This document shows, one piece after another, positions 1 to 9,390 of a DNA stretch of 36,423 nt (its first letter is position 1; each line of letters begins with the position of its first letter). Under the pieces are notes generated by a model. The model did no database searches. It worked only from the letters and a program-made list of their open reading frames with translations, and was not told the origin of the DNA. The position numbers were made by a program, and so were the translations under genes. The stretch is from a virus (Duplodnaviria > Caudoviricetes). Location: IMG/VR virus record IMGVR_UViG_3300002162_000005, positions 1 through 36,423 of that record; one strand, given 5' to 3'.

Positions 1-298
1 CACAAATTAAAAATTTAATTCCAAAAAAATAATTTTTTTATTCCTAAAACTTTAAATAAAATTTTAAAAGATTTTATACCAAATTATATCCTAGTTCTAT
101 TACACTTTATACTTCTAATTATAATACTCTAAAAAGTTAGTTACAATATACTTTTTTATAAAAGATTCTACTCTTTAAAAAGTTCTGTATCCTATTCTTT
201 ATAACCTCATTATTAAAACTCTTTATAAACTTTTTAATGTTATTAATAGTGTTACACTTTTTATTATACTTAATGATTTAATGTTTCGTTAATATTCC

Positions 299-330
299 AC
301 CGAATGTCGCTGTCCCATATTCCTACTGGG
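299..330 (+). repeat. Dispersed tripartite DNA motif, copy 1 (ACCGAA-N9-CCCAT-N4-CTACTGGG), intergenic
   Basis: GC-rich patch accgaatgtcgctgtcccatattcctactggg in an otherwise extremely AT-rich region; matches copies at 21644 and 35922. Confidence 0.7.
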
Positions 331-456
331 TTATTACCATTGGTTCTACTGTAACTATCATATATTATATGTATGCTATTTAAAATGCAAAGATAATAAA
401 ATGTACAATAAAAATAAAATAATGTCTTATATGTATTGTATATGATGAATAGTTTA

Positions 457-467
457 TTATATTTGCA
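457..467 (+). promoter_or_regulatory. Bacteroidota sigma70-type promoter -7 element (TAnnTTTG) driving the late operon
   Basis: TTATATTTGCA about 80 nt upstream of the first CDS; imperfect -33 (ATTG, 435-438) 19 nt upstream of the TAnnTTTG core; identical 11-mer at 9391. Confidence 0.6.
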
Positions 468-545
468 CAATCAAATAAGATGTAAGATAAATAGTAATTA
501 TTATAATAGAGAATATAAATCCAATAAACATAAAAAATTAAATGT

Positions 546-1034
546 ATGGAAACTATTAAACAATCAGGAAAAGTTGAAGATGTAGTTAGTCAAACTAAAC
601 TTCATGGTAGAACACTTTTAGTAGTATTAGAAACTAAAATTTCTACTATTGAATTAAATAAATTAGCTAGTCTAAATTTTAAAGATCCTACTGTATGGAA
701 TGATCCTTCAGTAAAAAGTGTAATGTTAGCACTGGGACAATGTAAAAAGATTATATCTAAAATCTCTAATGAAACTTCTAAATATATTAAAGATAATAAT
801 TTAGAAGAAATGTATGTAGGCGATGAAGTTATATTTAATACTTATGGTTCGCCAGTAGTTTATGATAATGAACAAGACGAATTAAATCTTGCTAGAGTTA
901 TTGATAATTATAACTTTGATAATAAAGATAAGAAGATGGCATTGAATGTTGGTATTAAATATACTATTCGTTTTTATTATGTTTATGAAGCTCAATTTGT
1001 TATTATAACAAGACCTTATTTGAAACAAGAATAA
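546..1034 (+). CDS. Hypothetical protein, first gene of the operon
   Basis: 162-aa ORF, typical codon usage, downstream of the promoter. Confidence 0.75.
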   Translation: METIKQSGKVEDVVSQTKLHGRTLLVVLETKISTIELNKLASLNFKDPTVWNDPSVKSVMLALGQCKKIISKISNETSKYIKDNNLEEMYVGDEVIFNTYGSPVVYDNEQDELNLARVIDNYNFDNKDKKMALNVGIKYTIRFYYVYEAQFVIITRPYLKQE

Positions 1035-1044
1035 AATTATTTAA

Positions 1045-1455
1045 ATGAAATACTTAGATTACTTAATGTTACAGAAGATACTACGAAGAGTATTAGATGA
1101 TGTATCAATAATTAGAATAGATAATGTTAGAAAATTTCCTAAACTATTTATTGAAAATTGGGTAACTAAGTTTAGAGATTTAAATGAAGAAGATAAACAT
1201 TCATTAATTAATTCTATATTTGATAGTCAATCAAGGTCAATACAATTAGCTTGTGAAGATAATATAGATAGTATTACTATTCCTGCAATAGGTCGTTTAA
1301 GATTAAATAAAACTAGACAAGATATTCTAAATGTTATAGCCAAAGATGGTAGTATAACTGATGATAGGATTCAAGAAATTATATCATCTTATGTTCAACA
1401 AAAAGAGAAGTTTAAATTAAATCCTGAATTAGATATTAAAATTGTATTAAAGTAA
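1045..1455 (+). CDS. IHF/HU-like DNA-binding protein (crAss-like family)
   Basis: SITIPAIGRLRL resembles the HU/IHF strand-turn motif (VxIxxFGxF); such genes are conserved in crAss-like virion modules. Confidence 0.5.
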   Translation: MKYLDYLMLQKILRRVLDDVSIIRIDNVRKFPKLFIENWVTKFRDLNEEDKHSLINSIFDSQSRSIQLACEDNIDSITIPAIGRLRLNKTRQDILNVIAKDGSITDDRIQEIISSYVQQKEKFKLNPELDIKIVLK

Positions 1456-2444
1456 TGCGTAAAAAACTTAGAGAAATGCTAATACCTAAAGGAAGAACTA
1501 TTTACTTTGATGAAGAACTTCATAAATATTCTAATGATTTAGGATTTGTTTATACTAGTACTACTACTGCTATTGGTAAATATTGTCCTCAAAAAGATTT
1601 TAAAAAGATTGCTAAGATATGTGCAGCAATTGGTCGTAATCCTAGTCATCCTAAATATCAACATTATAAAGGTAAGACTGATTTTCAGTTATTAAAAGAA
1701 TGGGGTCAAGAAACTGATAGAGCTTGTAAAGATGGAACTGCTGAACATGATGGTCTTGAACAATGTGTTAAGTCTTGTACTGGATATAAATTAAATGCTA
1801 AAGGTTTTATCAATGGTAAAATTTATACTATTGATGATATAATGTTTAATCATAATTTTGGTAGACTTAAATTAAAAGACTTTGAAAGGAATGGTATAAA
1901 AGATAAATATCCGGATATATATAATATACTTGTTGGTCTATCTAATGCAGGTTATTATATATATGCTGAGATAGGAGTGTATGATGATCTATATGGTATT
2001 AGTGGATTGATAGATATATTATGTGTCAATCATACTACTAATGAATTTATAATATTAGATTGGAAAACTAATAAAGCTCCTATGAGATTTGATAGTGGAT
2101 ATTATGAAAAGACAGTTGATGGTAGACTTAATCTTGATAAGTGGAAACCTAATACTGAAACATTTAATTATCCATTAAATCATTTAGCAGATAGTACAGG
2201 TAATCATTATACTATGCAATTATCAGTTTATGCTTATTTAGTTACTACTTTTGGTTATACTTTAAATAGATTAATACTTTGTCATATTAGACCATTAGAA
2301 GAACAATTTACTCCTAGAGATCAATGGCAAAGAGTTATTGAACTATATCCCATACAATATTTAAATAAAGAAGTTAAACTCATGTTAGATGATCATAAAC
2401 AAAAGAATACTGAAACACAAGGTAAATTACAATTTGATTATTAA
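1455..2444 (+). CDS. PD-(D/E)XK (RecB-like) nuclease
   Basis: Motifs YAE, GLIDIL, ILDWKTN, HYTMQLSVY (E, D, DxK, QxxxY); N-terminal IYFDEELHKY..YTSTTT. Confidence 0.85.
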   Translation: MRKKLREMLIPKGRTIYFDEELHKYSNDLGFVYTSTTTAIGKYCPQKDFKKIAKICAAIGRNPSHPKYQHYKGKTDFQLLKEWGQETDRACKDGTAEHDGLEQCVKSCTGYKLNAKGFINGKIYTIDDIMFNHNFGRLKLKDFERNGIKDKYPDIYNILVGLSNAGYYIYAEIGVYDDLYGISGLIDILCVNHTTNEFIILDWKTNKAPMRFDSGYYEKTVDGRLNLDKWKPNTETFNYPLNHLADSTGNHYTMQLSVYAYLVTTFGYTLNRLILCHIRPLEEQFTPRDQWQRVIELYPIQYLNKEVKLMLDDHKQKNTETQGKLQFDY

Positions 2445-2455
2445 AACTTATTAAT

Positions 2456-2887
2456 ATGCAACTAACTAAAAATTTTACATTAGAAGAACTTACAGTAACT
2501 TCTTCTAAATTTTCTAATATTCCTAATGAAGATCAAGTACATAATCTTAGACTTCTTTGTGAGAATGTATTACAACCAGTAAGAGATAAATTTAATATGC
2601 AGATGCGTATTACTAGTGGATTTAGATCACCTGAAGTTAATAAAGCAATTGGTGGTGCAAGTACTTCACAACATACTAAAGGTCAAGCTGCTGATATTGT
2701 TACATCTGACAATGCTAAACTATTTCATTTGATTAGAGATCATTTTACTTTTGATCAAATGATTTGGGAAGCTGGTAATGATACTCAACCTACATGGGTT
2801 CATGTTAGTTATAGTGAAACTCATAATAGACATCAATGTCTTAAGATGGTAAAAATAGGTGGTAAATCTACATATAAAACTATTTAA
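2456..2887 (+). CDS. Endolysin, peptidase M15A/M15_3 family Zn peptidase
   Basis: MQLTKNFTLEEL, ITSGFRSPEVNKAIGGASTSQHTKGQAAD, FDQMIWE, WVHVSY (Zn ligands H, D, H). Confidence 0.9.
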   Translation: MQLTKNFTLEELTVTSSKFSNIPNEDQVHNLRLLCENVLQPVRDKFNMQMRITSGFRSPEVNKAIGGASTSQHTKGQAADIVTSDNAKLFHLIRDHFTFDQMIWEAGNDTQPTWVHVSYSETHNRHQCLKMVKIGGKSTYKTI

Positions 2888-2888
2888 T

Positions 2889-3269
2889 ATGTGGTTAATA
2901 AATAAATTAAAACAACTTAATACTAAGACTTTAATAGGTCTTAGTATTATTGCTATTATATTAATTGTATTTACTATAAGTTATTTAGTATTATACTTTC
3001 AATATAAATCAAAGACTAAGGAATATAATAAATTAGTAAATACAGAGTATCAAACTATTTATAATCATAGAGCCGATTCTTTAGATAATATAATTGCTAC
3101 TAATAAATATACTATTCATAAAGATAGTATTACAATTGATTCTTTAAATAAAGTAAAACAACATAAAAGTATTATATATGAAAAAGAAATTAAAGACTTT
3201 AGTATTCCTAGTATTGTTTCTGATGACAGTATCTCCCGTTATATCTCAAACAAATTACATAATAAATAA
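2889..3269 (+). CDS. Membrane-anchored coiled-coil protein, i-spanin-like
   Basis: Likely start is ATG 2889, right after the endolysin stop; N-terminal TM (LIGLSIIAIILIVFTISYLVLYF) followed by a helical segment. Confidence 0.6.
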   Translation: MWLINKLKQLNTKTLIGLSIIAIILIVFTISYLVLYFQYKSKTKEYNKLVNTEYQTIYNHRADSLDNIIATNKYTIHKDSITIDSLNKVKQHKSIIYEKEIKDFSIPSIVSDDSISRYISNKLHNK

Positions 3270-3582
3270 AGATACTGTTGTAGGTTATAGTAAACAAGAT
3301 AATCGTAAAATAGCTATTATATTTCTTAAAGGTGATTCTTGTCAAAGTATATCTAATGAAAAAGATAGTATTATAAATACATATAAACATCAAGTTAATG
3401 ATTATATGAATTTGTATTCAACATTGCAGGATAAAAATTTCCTCATACAGTCCGATAGAGACAATATAAATATGAAGTTGAATAAATCATTGTCTGATAA
3501 TAAATCATTGACTACGAGTAAGAATTTATGGCGTTTAGGCACTATAGGTACATTAATTGTTTTGGCAATAAAACTATTGTAA
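3178..3582 (+). CDS. Secreted coiled-coil protein with C-terminal anchor, spanin-like partner
   Basis: Signal peptide MKKKLKTLVFLVLFLMTVSPVIS/Q and C-terminal hydrophobic tail LGTIGTLIVLAIKLL; overlaps the upstream gene by 92 nt in a shifted frame, as Rz/Rz1-type pairs do. Confidence 0.55.
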   Translation: MKKKLKTLVFLVLFLMTVSPVISQTNYIINKDTVVGYSKQDNRKIAIIFLKGDSCQSISNEKDSIINTYKHQVNDYMNLYSTLQDKNFLIQSDRDNINMKLNKSLSDNKSLTTSKNLWRLGTIGTLIVLAIKLL

Positions 3583-3583
3583 T

Positions 3584-3964
3584 ATGATCAAGAAATATAA
3601 TCCTATAATATATCCTTTAAATATTTATATTGGTATTGATGAAGATGTAAATAATTTATTAAAAGATTTTACTAGTTCCAGTGATGGTGAACATATATAT
3701 TCTAGTTGGAGTGACAGTCATGGTTTAAGTTATTCTCATATACTAGATTCTAATAATGAATACTGTTTAGTAATGATATTTGAAAAAGAAGTTAGTCTTG
3801 ATTTAGTAGTACATGAATTAGCTCATATTGTTTATAGACTTTGGGAACATATTGGTGAAACAGAAGTTGCTAGTGAAGCTAATGCTTATTTACATGAATG
3901 GGTAATGAAATGTTATTTAGATTTTATTAAAGAATATAATGGTACATCTTTGGAAAATAAATAA
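3584..3964 (+). CDS. Small zincin-like (HExxH) metallopeptidase-domain protein
   Basis: VVHELAH followed about 15 aa later by SEANAY (third-ligand Glu). Confidence 0.6.
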   Translation: MIKKYNPIIYPLNIYIGIDEDVNNLLKDFTSSSDGEHIYSSWSDSHGLSYSHILDSNNEYCLVMIFEKEVSLDLVVHELAHIVYRLWEHIGETEVASEANAYLHEWVMKCYLDFIKEYNGTSLENK

Positions 3965-4553
3965 TTCTTTAGAACTAGATTTAAATGTTACAGAACTTTT
4001 AAAGTATGATATACTTGCAAAAGTTTATCAAAGTGATACTTCGGATGGTAAATCTTTATCACATAAATATTTTATGTATTTAGATTTTATTACTGCTAGT
4101 AGTGGATATTGTGTAACTAATGGACTTAATGATTCTGAAGCTCATATTTATGCAATGAAACATTCTAAGTTAGATAGTACTTATCACTTTCCTGCTAATA
4201 ATAAAACTATTATTGCTTTCGTTAAATCTGAATTAGAAAGAGATACAGTATTCACTTTAGTTAGTGCAGCTATTCAGGCTTTAAATGTTAGTTCTAAAAG
4301 TGTAAAGAACTATATTAAAGTTTTAAATAATATGGAAAAGGATGACTTTCAAGATAAAGATGGTAATCCAATTAATGTTGCTGAGACTGTAAATAAAGTT
4401 CTTAAGACATTAAAAGAAATACCTTCTAGTATTGATATTTATGAATCTCTTCTAAGTAAACAAAAAACTAAAAAAGTAGCATTACGTGGACAAAAAGACT
4501 TTAGATCTTCAATGGACGGAGACGATGATCTTAAATCTCTTATATCTAAATAA
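3939..4553 (+). CDS. Hypothetical protein, candidate terminase small subunit
   Basis: 204 aa, helical, immediately upstream of and overlapping terL; basic C-terminus KTKKVALRG; the TerS call is positional only. Confidence 0.45.
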   Translation: MVHLWKINNSLELDLNVTELLKYDILAKVYQSDTSDGKSLSHKYFMYLDFITASSGYCVTNGLNDSEAHIYAMKHSKLDSTYHFPANNKTIIAFVKSELERDTVFTLVSAAIQALNVSSKSVKNYIKVLNNMEKDDFQDKDGNPINVAETVNKVLKTLKEIPSSIDIYESLLSKQKTKKVALRGQKDFRSSMDGDDDLKSLISK

Positions 4554-6888
4554 GAGTAAAGAAGATATTAAATCTAATTATAATTATGATGCTGATGATA
4601 TAGATAATTCATCTCCATTTATTAATTATATATTAGAAGATAAATCTTCTTATCCTTTTATAGATACTATATTTAATGATGAAACAGATCAGAATTATAT
4701 AGATAGAGATAGAGATTTTAAATTAGGTAGATCAGGTGGTTTACTTATGAATATAGATTTTGTATTTGTAAATACACATTTATATTCTCAAGCTGCTGAC
4801 TATTTTACTAAGTTTAAATCTTATTGTTTACATGATGAAGATACTCTTGAGTATAAAGAATTTTGGGCACAGGAACTTGGTCGTAGACAACATGGTTATA
4901 CTCAAGATTGTAAACTTTATATTAAAGATATAGAAGAATATTATAATCCTAAAACTACTGAAAAAAGAAAGAAGCAATTAATATACCCACTACACATTAC
5001 AGGTAATCATTATAGTTATCTTAATTATGGTCGTATTGAACGTACTCCTAATGCAGAAGAGAAGCAAGAACTTATAAATGATGGTGCAAATAATATAGAA
5101 ACTATTGAAGGCTTTCCTAGATTTTGGGATGGCGATTATTGGTTCTATAAGACTGATCAATTTTGTAGTAATAATAAACTCTCTAATATTGTAGCTAAAT
5201 CTCGTCGTAAAGGTTATAGTTATAAGAATGGAAATATTACAGCTAATACTTTAAATCTAAATAAGAATCTTACAGTTATTAATGTTGCCGATAATATAGA
5301 TTTCCTTACGGATAAAGGATCTCTTACTTATATGGCTAAGACTTGTTTAGATTGGTATGAAAATAATACTTATTGGCAACGTGGTTATCTTAGTGAAAAA
5401 CTAGATAGTCTTGAATTAGGATATAAACGTGATACTGAAAGTAATAAACCTTATGGTTTTAGAAGTAAGCTTTTATCTTATTCTATTGGTAGAAATATAA
5501 ATGTTGCTATTGGTAAGAAGGCTATAAAGATTAATTGTGAAGAATCTGGTGCTTGTCCTAATCTTAAGAAGTTTCTTGAAGTAACTTCTTCTAATATGGA
5601 ATCAGGTCGTATCAAGATTGGTACATTTAGTATATGGGGAACTGGTGGTACTAAAGGTAGTAACTGGGAATACTTTGAAACTATATTTAATAAACCTGCA
5701 TCTATTAAAGCTGTAGCTTTTGAGAATGTATGGGATAGAGATAAACGACATACTACTTGTGGATTCTTTCACGCTAATATATGGAACTACGAACCCTATG
5801 TTGTTGATGGTAATTCTTTATTATTTGATTCATATTTATATGATAAGAAAGATAAAGAAAAAATGTCTAAGTCAGGTAAACCAATTGATCAGGTTATTAC
5901 CTATTGTGCTCAACGTGCCAATTCTCCTAGTGAAGCTTTCATTAATACAGTAGAGAATTTATTTGCATCTACTGAATTAAACATTCATGTTACTGAATTA
6001 AAGACTGATACTACTAAACAATTTTATAAGGATGGCTGGTATATAAAAGATAATGGAACAATTAAATTTGTAGATAAACGATATTGTATAGAGAATGATG
6101 TTCTAGGTCACAATATGTTTCATGAGTTTATTACAGATGTACCTCATAAAAATACTACTGATATTCATGGATGTGTTAGAGAGTATTATGCTCCATATAC
6201 TGATAAAGATGGAAGAGTTCCTAAAGATTTATATTTTATTGTAGCAGATCCTTATGGTGTAGATAAAAAAGCTAGTGAAGTTACTGATAAACATTCACTA
6301 TATTCTTTTTCTATTTGGATGCGCAGTAATACTATAACTCCTTATAGTGGTAAACGTTTAGTTGCAGAATATGCTGGACGTTTAAATACAATGAAAGATA
6401 ATGATAATCTAACATTACTTGCATGTCTTAGATGGAATTGTAGTTTATTAGTTGAATCAAATAGAGGTGAAACTATTCCTAATTTTAAACTATGGCATTG
6501 TGTAGATAGACTTCTTTATGATCCTACAGAATTTACTGAAAATTCATTATCTACTGGTGGTAAGGGAACTAAACTAGGAATGGTTGTTGGAACTGGTGAT
6601 GTAAAGATGAATGGTCTTACTATGATTAAAGATTTTATTTATGAAGTGCTAGGTGTTGATATACTTGATATTCCAATTATTAGACTAACTGAAATCTTTT
6701 CTTTACCTTTATGTTTAGAATTACAACGCTTTACTAGTACAGGTAACTTTGATAGATTATCTACAATGATATTAGCAATGTATGAATTTAAAAAAGATGA
6801 ATTTATTAAACGAAGTAATTTATTTAAATCTGTAAATACTAATAATAAAACTAAAAGTTCTTTTGCTGAACGTTTAAATCGACATTAA
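4525..6888 (+). CDS. terL: Terminase large subunit (crAss-like)
   Basis: ITGNHYSYLNY, FPRFWDGDY, Walker A KSRRKGYSY, Walker B CEESG, GTGG, nuclease motifs ADPYG, ESNRG, GNFDRLS; ATG 4525 preferred over GTG 4486. Confidence 0.92.
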   Translation: MILNLLYLNKSKEDIKSNYNYDADDIDNSSPFINYILEDKSSYPFIDTIFNDETDQNYIDRDRDFKLGRSGGLLMNIDFVFVNTHLYSQAADYFTKFKSYCLHDEDTLEYKEFWAQELGRRQHGYTQDCKLYIKDIEEYYNPKTTEKRKKQLIYPLHITGNHYSYLNYGRIERTPNAEEKQELINDGANNIETIEGFPRFWDGDYWFYKTDQFCSNNKLSNIVAKSRRKGYSYKNGNITANTLNLNKNLTVINVADNIDFLTDKGSLTYMAKTCLDWYENNTYWQRGYLSEKLDSLELGYKRDTESNKPYGFRSKLLSYSIGRNINVAIGKKAIKINCEESGACPNLKKFLEVTSSNMESGRIKIGTFSIWGTGGTKGSNWEYFETIFNKPASIKAVAFENVWDRDKRHTTCGFFHANIWNYEPYVVDGNSLLFDSYLYDKKDKEKMSKSGKPIDQVITYCAQRANSPSEAFINTVENLFASTELNIHVTELKTDTTKQFYKDGWYIKDNGTIKFVDKRYCIENDVLGHNMFHEFITDVPHKNTTDIHGCVREYYAPYTDKDGRVPKDLYFIVADPYGVDKKASEVTDKHSLYSFSIWMRSNTITPYSGKRLVAEYAGRLNTMKDNDNLTLLACLRWNCSLLVESNRGETIPNFKLWHCVDRLLYDPTEFTENSLSTGGKGTKLGMVVGTGDVKMNGLTMIKDFIYEVLGVDILDIPIIRLTEIFSLPLCLELQRFTSTGNFDRLSTMILAMYEFKKDEFIKRSNLFKSVNTNNKTKSSFAERLNRH

Positions 6889-6889
6889 T

Positions 6890-9307
6890 ATGGTAGTAGG
6901 TCTTAGTGATTCAATAGGAAATAAAACTTTACCTAATCAAAGAGTTTCTTTACAGAAGAAACAAACACATGATTGGACTAAACAAATGGCTGACTATGTA
7001 GTTAATCTTGCAGTTAGTTGTAGTGATAAATCTCAAACTAGAGATTTTATGGATATGGCTAATGGTAAAGTCAGTAAATCTATGTATGCTTATGTTTTAA
7101 AAACTTATGGTATAGATAAAGCAGATATAGAAAATGAGAATCTTATTGGTGAACTTAGGGATATAGATATTTTATCTCCTATTAAAGATAAATATTTAGG
7201 TGAATTTATTTCATCATATAATAATTATCAAATATATACAGATGATCCTGATACTATATTTCTTCGTAATAAACAATTTGGAGATAAAGTATTAAGTGTA
7301 ATGCAACAAAAACTTGTTAATGAACTTAACAAGACAATGAATACAGGTCAACAATCACAACCTACTCCTGACATTGAAAAGATGTTGGAAGAATATGTTC
7401 AAGAATGGAATGATGAAAGAGCTACTAAAGCACAACTTAGACTTAATCTTTTAAATGATGTTATTGATGCTAAAGTAAAATATAATCAATTATATTACTA
7501 TTGGTGGGCATGTGAAGAATGTTATACTTATAGAGAAGTATATAAGAATGATGTTATATTTGATATAGTATCTCCGTTAGAATACTTTAGAGTTCCTAGT
7601 GGTAATATTTATGTTGAAGATGATGACTATGGTTGTAGAATATTTACTAAGAGTCTATATTCTATATTAGATAGATATTCTGAATTTATAAAACCTGAAG
7701 ATATTACATATTTAAAATCAATAACTAATAGAGAATTAAGTACTGATATAAGAACTAATATTCTTAAGAGTAGATTAATTACTAATGGTATGTCTGAAGA
7801 AGATTATATTGGTAATGAAACTAACTTTAAAAATGATTTTATTAATGGTACTGTATTTACTAATCCTGATAATATTAGCATAGTTCATTATGTTGCTAAG
7901 ACAGAAGCAAAAATTGGTTATCTAACTTATAGTGCATCTGATGGTACAGTTCAACAAATGGTTGTTGACGAAGATTATGAATTAGATACTGCTAATGGTG
8001 ATATAGATATTAAGTGGGATTGGATACAACAAATGTATCAAGGTGAAATTATTGGTTATGGTCAAATATCTAGTGATAACCAACAAGCAGTATATACTAA
8101 GTTTAGACCTGTAGATACTCAACGTGAAAACTTTACTAATTTAAATAAGTGTAAATCTCCATATAATGGTTTATCACAAATACATATTGATAGTGATAGA
8201 AAACCTATTGCTGCAAGACTAAGTCCTTATACTGCATTAATTCGTATATATCATTTTCAAATAGAACGAGCTATTAATAAATTTAAATCTATTTTATTAA
8301 TACCTCAAAGTCTTGTTAGTGATGATGCTAATATGACTATGGAACAAAGACTTTCTAAAATGCAAGCTGAGTCTACATTAATATTTAATGATGCTCAGGT
8401 TAATGCCAATGCTATTCAAGCAATGAGAGAAATTGCTACTACTGCTACTTATCAATATGTACAAGTTCTTGAAACTATGCTTAGGTCTCTTAAAGAAGAT
8501 GCATGGGAAGTAGCAAATATGACACCTAGTCGTATGGGTAATCAACCTGGTTATCAAGGTAAATCTGTTACAGAAAATAGTCTTGAACAAGGTAATATAT
8601 CTAGTAGTTGGTCTTTAGAAATGTTTAATCTTTTCAGAGGTAAAGATTATTTAGCTAATTATGATTACAGTAAAGTAGCTTGGTGTGAAGGTAAACAAGG
8701 TTCTTTTGTTAATGAAGGAACTAATGAACTTCAAACTGTATCAGTTGATCCTATGGAACACATGAGTTTAAACATAGGTATTAATGTTGGCAACTCAAGA
8801 CTACTTAATGAGAAACTTAAAGCTATGCAGCAATTAGCTTTTAATGCTAGTCAAGGTGGAGATTATGAATTAGGTACAGAAGCTATATTAAATGATAATC
8901 TACAATCTCTTAAACGTAAAATTATTACTATTAGTGAAGCCACTAAGCAGTATAATCAACAAATGGCTGATGCTAAAAATCAGGCAACTATTCAAGCAGA
9001 ACAAATTAAACAGGATACAGCTAAAATGGTTGCCGAAAATGAATTACAGAAAGCTCAAATTACTGCTGATGGTGCACAACAAAAAGCATTAATTGATCAA
9101 GCTACTCAGTTACTTGTTTGGGATAAACGTTTGTCTATTGATACAGATGGTAATGGTTATCTATCTAAGAGTGAAGAATCAGGTCAACAATTAGCAGATA
9201 CTAATTTTAGAATAGATCAAATGCAGATGAAACGAGAAGAACTTGCAATGAAACAAGCAGGTCTTAAGAAACAAGAAGCCGCAAATAATACTTCTAATAC
9301 TAAATAA
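6890..9307 (+). CDS. Portal protein (crAss-like)
   Basis: 805 aa directly after terL; LPNQRVS..KK start, DILSPIKDKYLGE, WDWIQQMYQG, CKSPYNG, SRMG, Gln-rich coiled-coil C-terminus. Confidence 0.88.
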   Translation: MVVGLSDSIGNKTLPNQRVSLQKKQTHDWTKQMADYVVNLAVSCSDKSQTRDFMDMANGKVSKSMYAYVLKTYGIDKADIENENLIGELRDIDILSPIKDKYLGEFISSYNNYQIYTDDPDTIFLRNKQFGDKVLSVMQQKLVNELNKTMNTGQQSQPTPDIEKMLEEYVQEWNDERATKAQLRLNLLNDVIDAKVKYNQLYYYWWACEECYTYREVYKNDVIFDIVSPLEYFRVPSGNIYVEDDDYGCRIFTKSLYSILDRYSEFIKPEDITYLKSITNRELSTDIRTNILKSRLITNGMSEEDYIGNETNFKNDFINGTVFTNPDNISIVHYVAKTEAKIGYLTYSASDGTVQQMVVDEDYELDTANGDIDIKWDWIQQMYQGEIIGYGQISSDNQQAVYTKFRPVDTQRENFTNLNKCKSPYNGLSQIHIDSDRKPIAARLSPYTALIRIYHFQIERAINKFKSILLIPQSLVSDDANMTMEQRLSKMQAESTLIFNDAQVNANAIQAMREIATTATYQYVQVLETMLRSLKEDAWEVANMTPSRMGNQPGYQGKSVTENSLEQGNISSSWSLEMFNLFRGKDYLANYDYSKVAWCEGKQGSFVNEGTNELQTVSVDPMEHMSLNIGINVGNSRLLNEKLKAMQQLAFNASQGGDYELGTEAILNDNLQSLKRKIITISEATKQYNQQMADAKNQATIQAEQIKQDTAKMVAENELQKAQITADGAQQKALIDQATQLLVWDKRLSIDTDGNGYLSKSEESGQQLADTNFRIDQMQMKREELAMKQAGLKKQEAANNTSNTK

Positions 9308-9320
9308 TAAAGTGAAACTA

Positions 9321-9367
9321 AGTAGTAATAATATGGTATAGTTCATTCTATATTTATTATTACTACT
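9321..9367 (+). terminator. Stem-loop after the portal gene (putative terminator or processing site)
   Basis: Perfect 13-bp inverted repeat AGTAGTAATAATA / TATTATTACTACT plus an inner TATAG/CTATA stem; no strong U tract. Confidence 0.5.
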
Positions 9368-9390
9368 ATATACACTTATAAATATAATGC

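Noticed and set aside
270-470. 66-aa minus-strand ORF
   Set aside because: Low-complexity Tyr/Ile/Phe translation of AT-rich intergenic DNA that overlaps the promoter; no recognisable features
1455-2444. Cas4 or CRISPR-associated nuclease
   Set aside because: No C-terminal Cys cluster for an Fe-S centre, and no CRISPR array or other cas genes in the window
3481-3510. 12-bp direct repeat AATAAATCATTG with 18-nt period
   Set aside because: Reflects a short peptide duplication (NKSL) within the coiled coil; no evidence of a DNA-level role
4486-4553. Programmed frameshift fusing the TerS candidate to TerL
   Set aside because: The overlap is explained by an in-frame ATG at 4525; no convincing slippery site with a downstream structure
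6526-6558. Possible further copy of the tripartite motif (ACAGAA..CTACTGGT)
   Set aside because: Mismatches in both outer blocks, wrong spacing, no matching central block and ordinary codon usage
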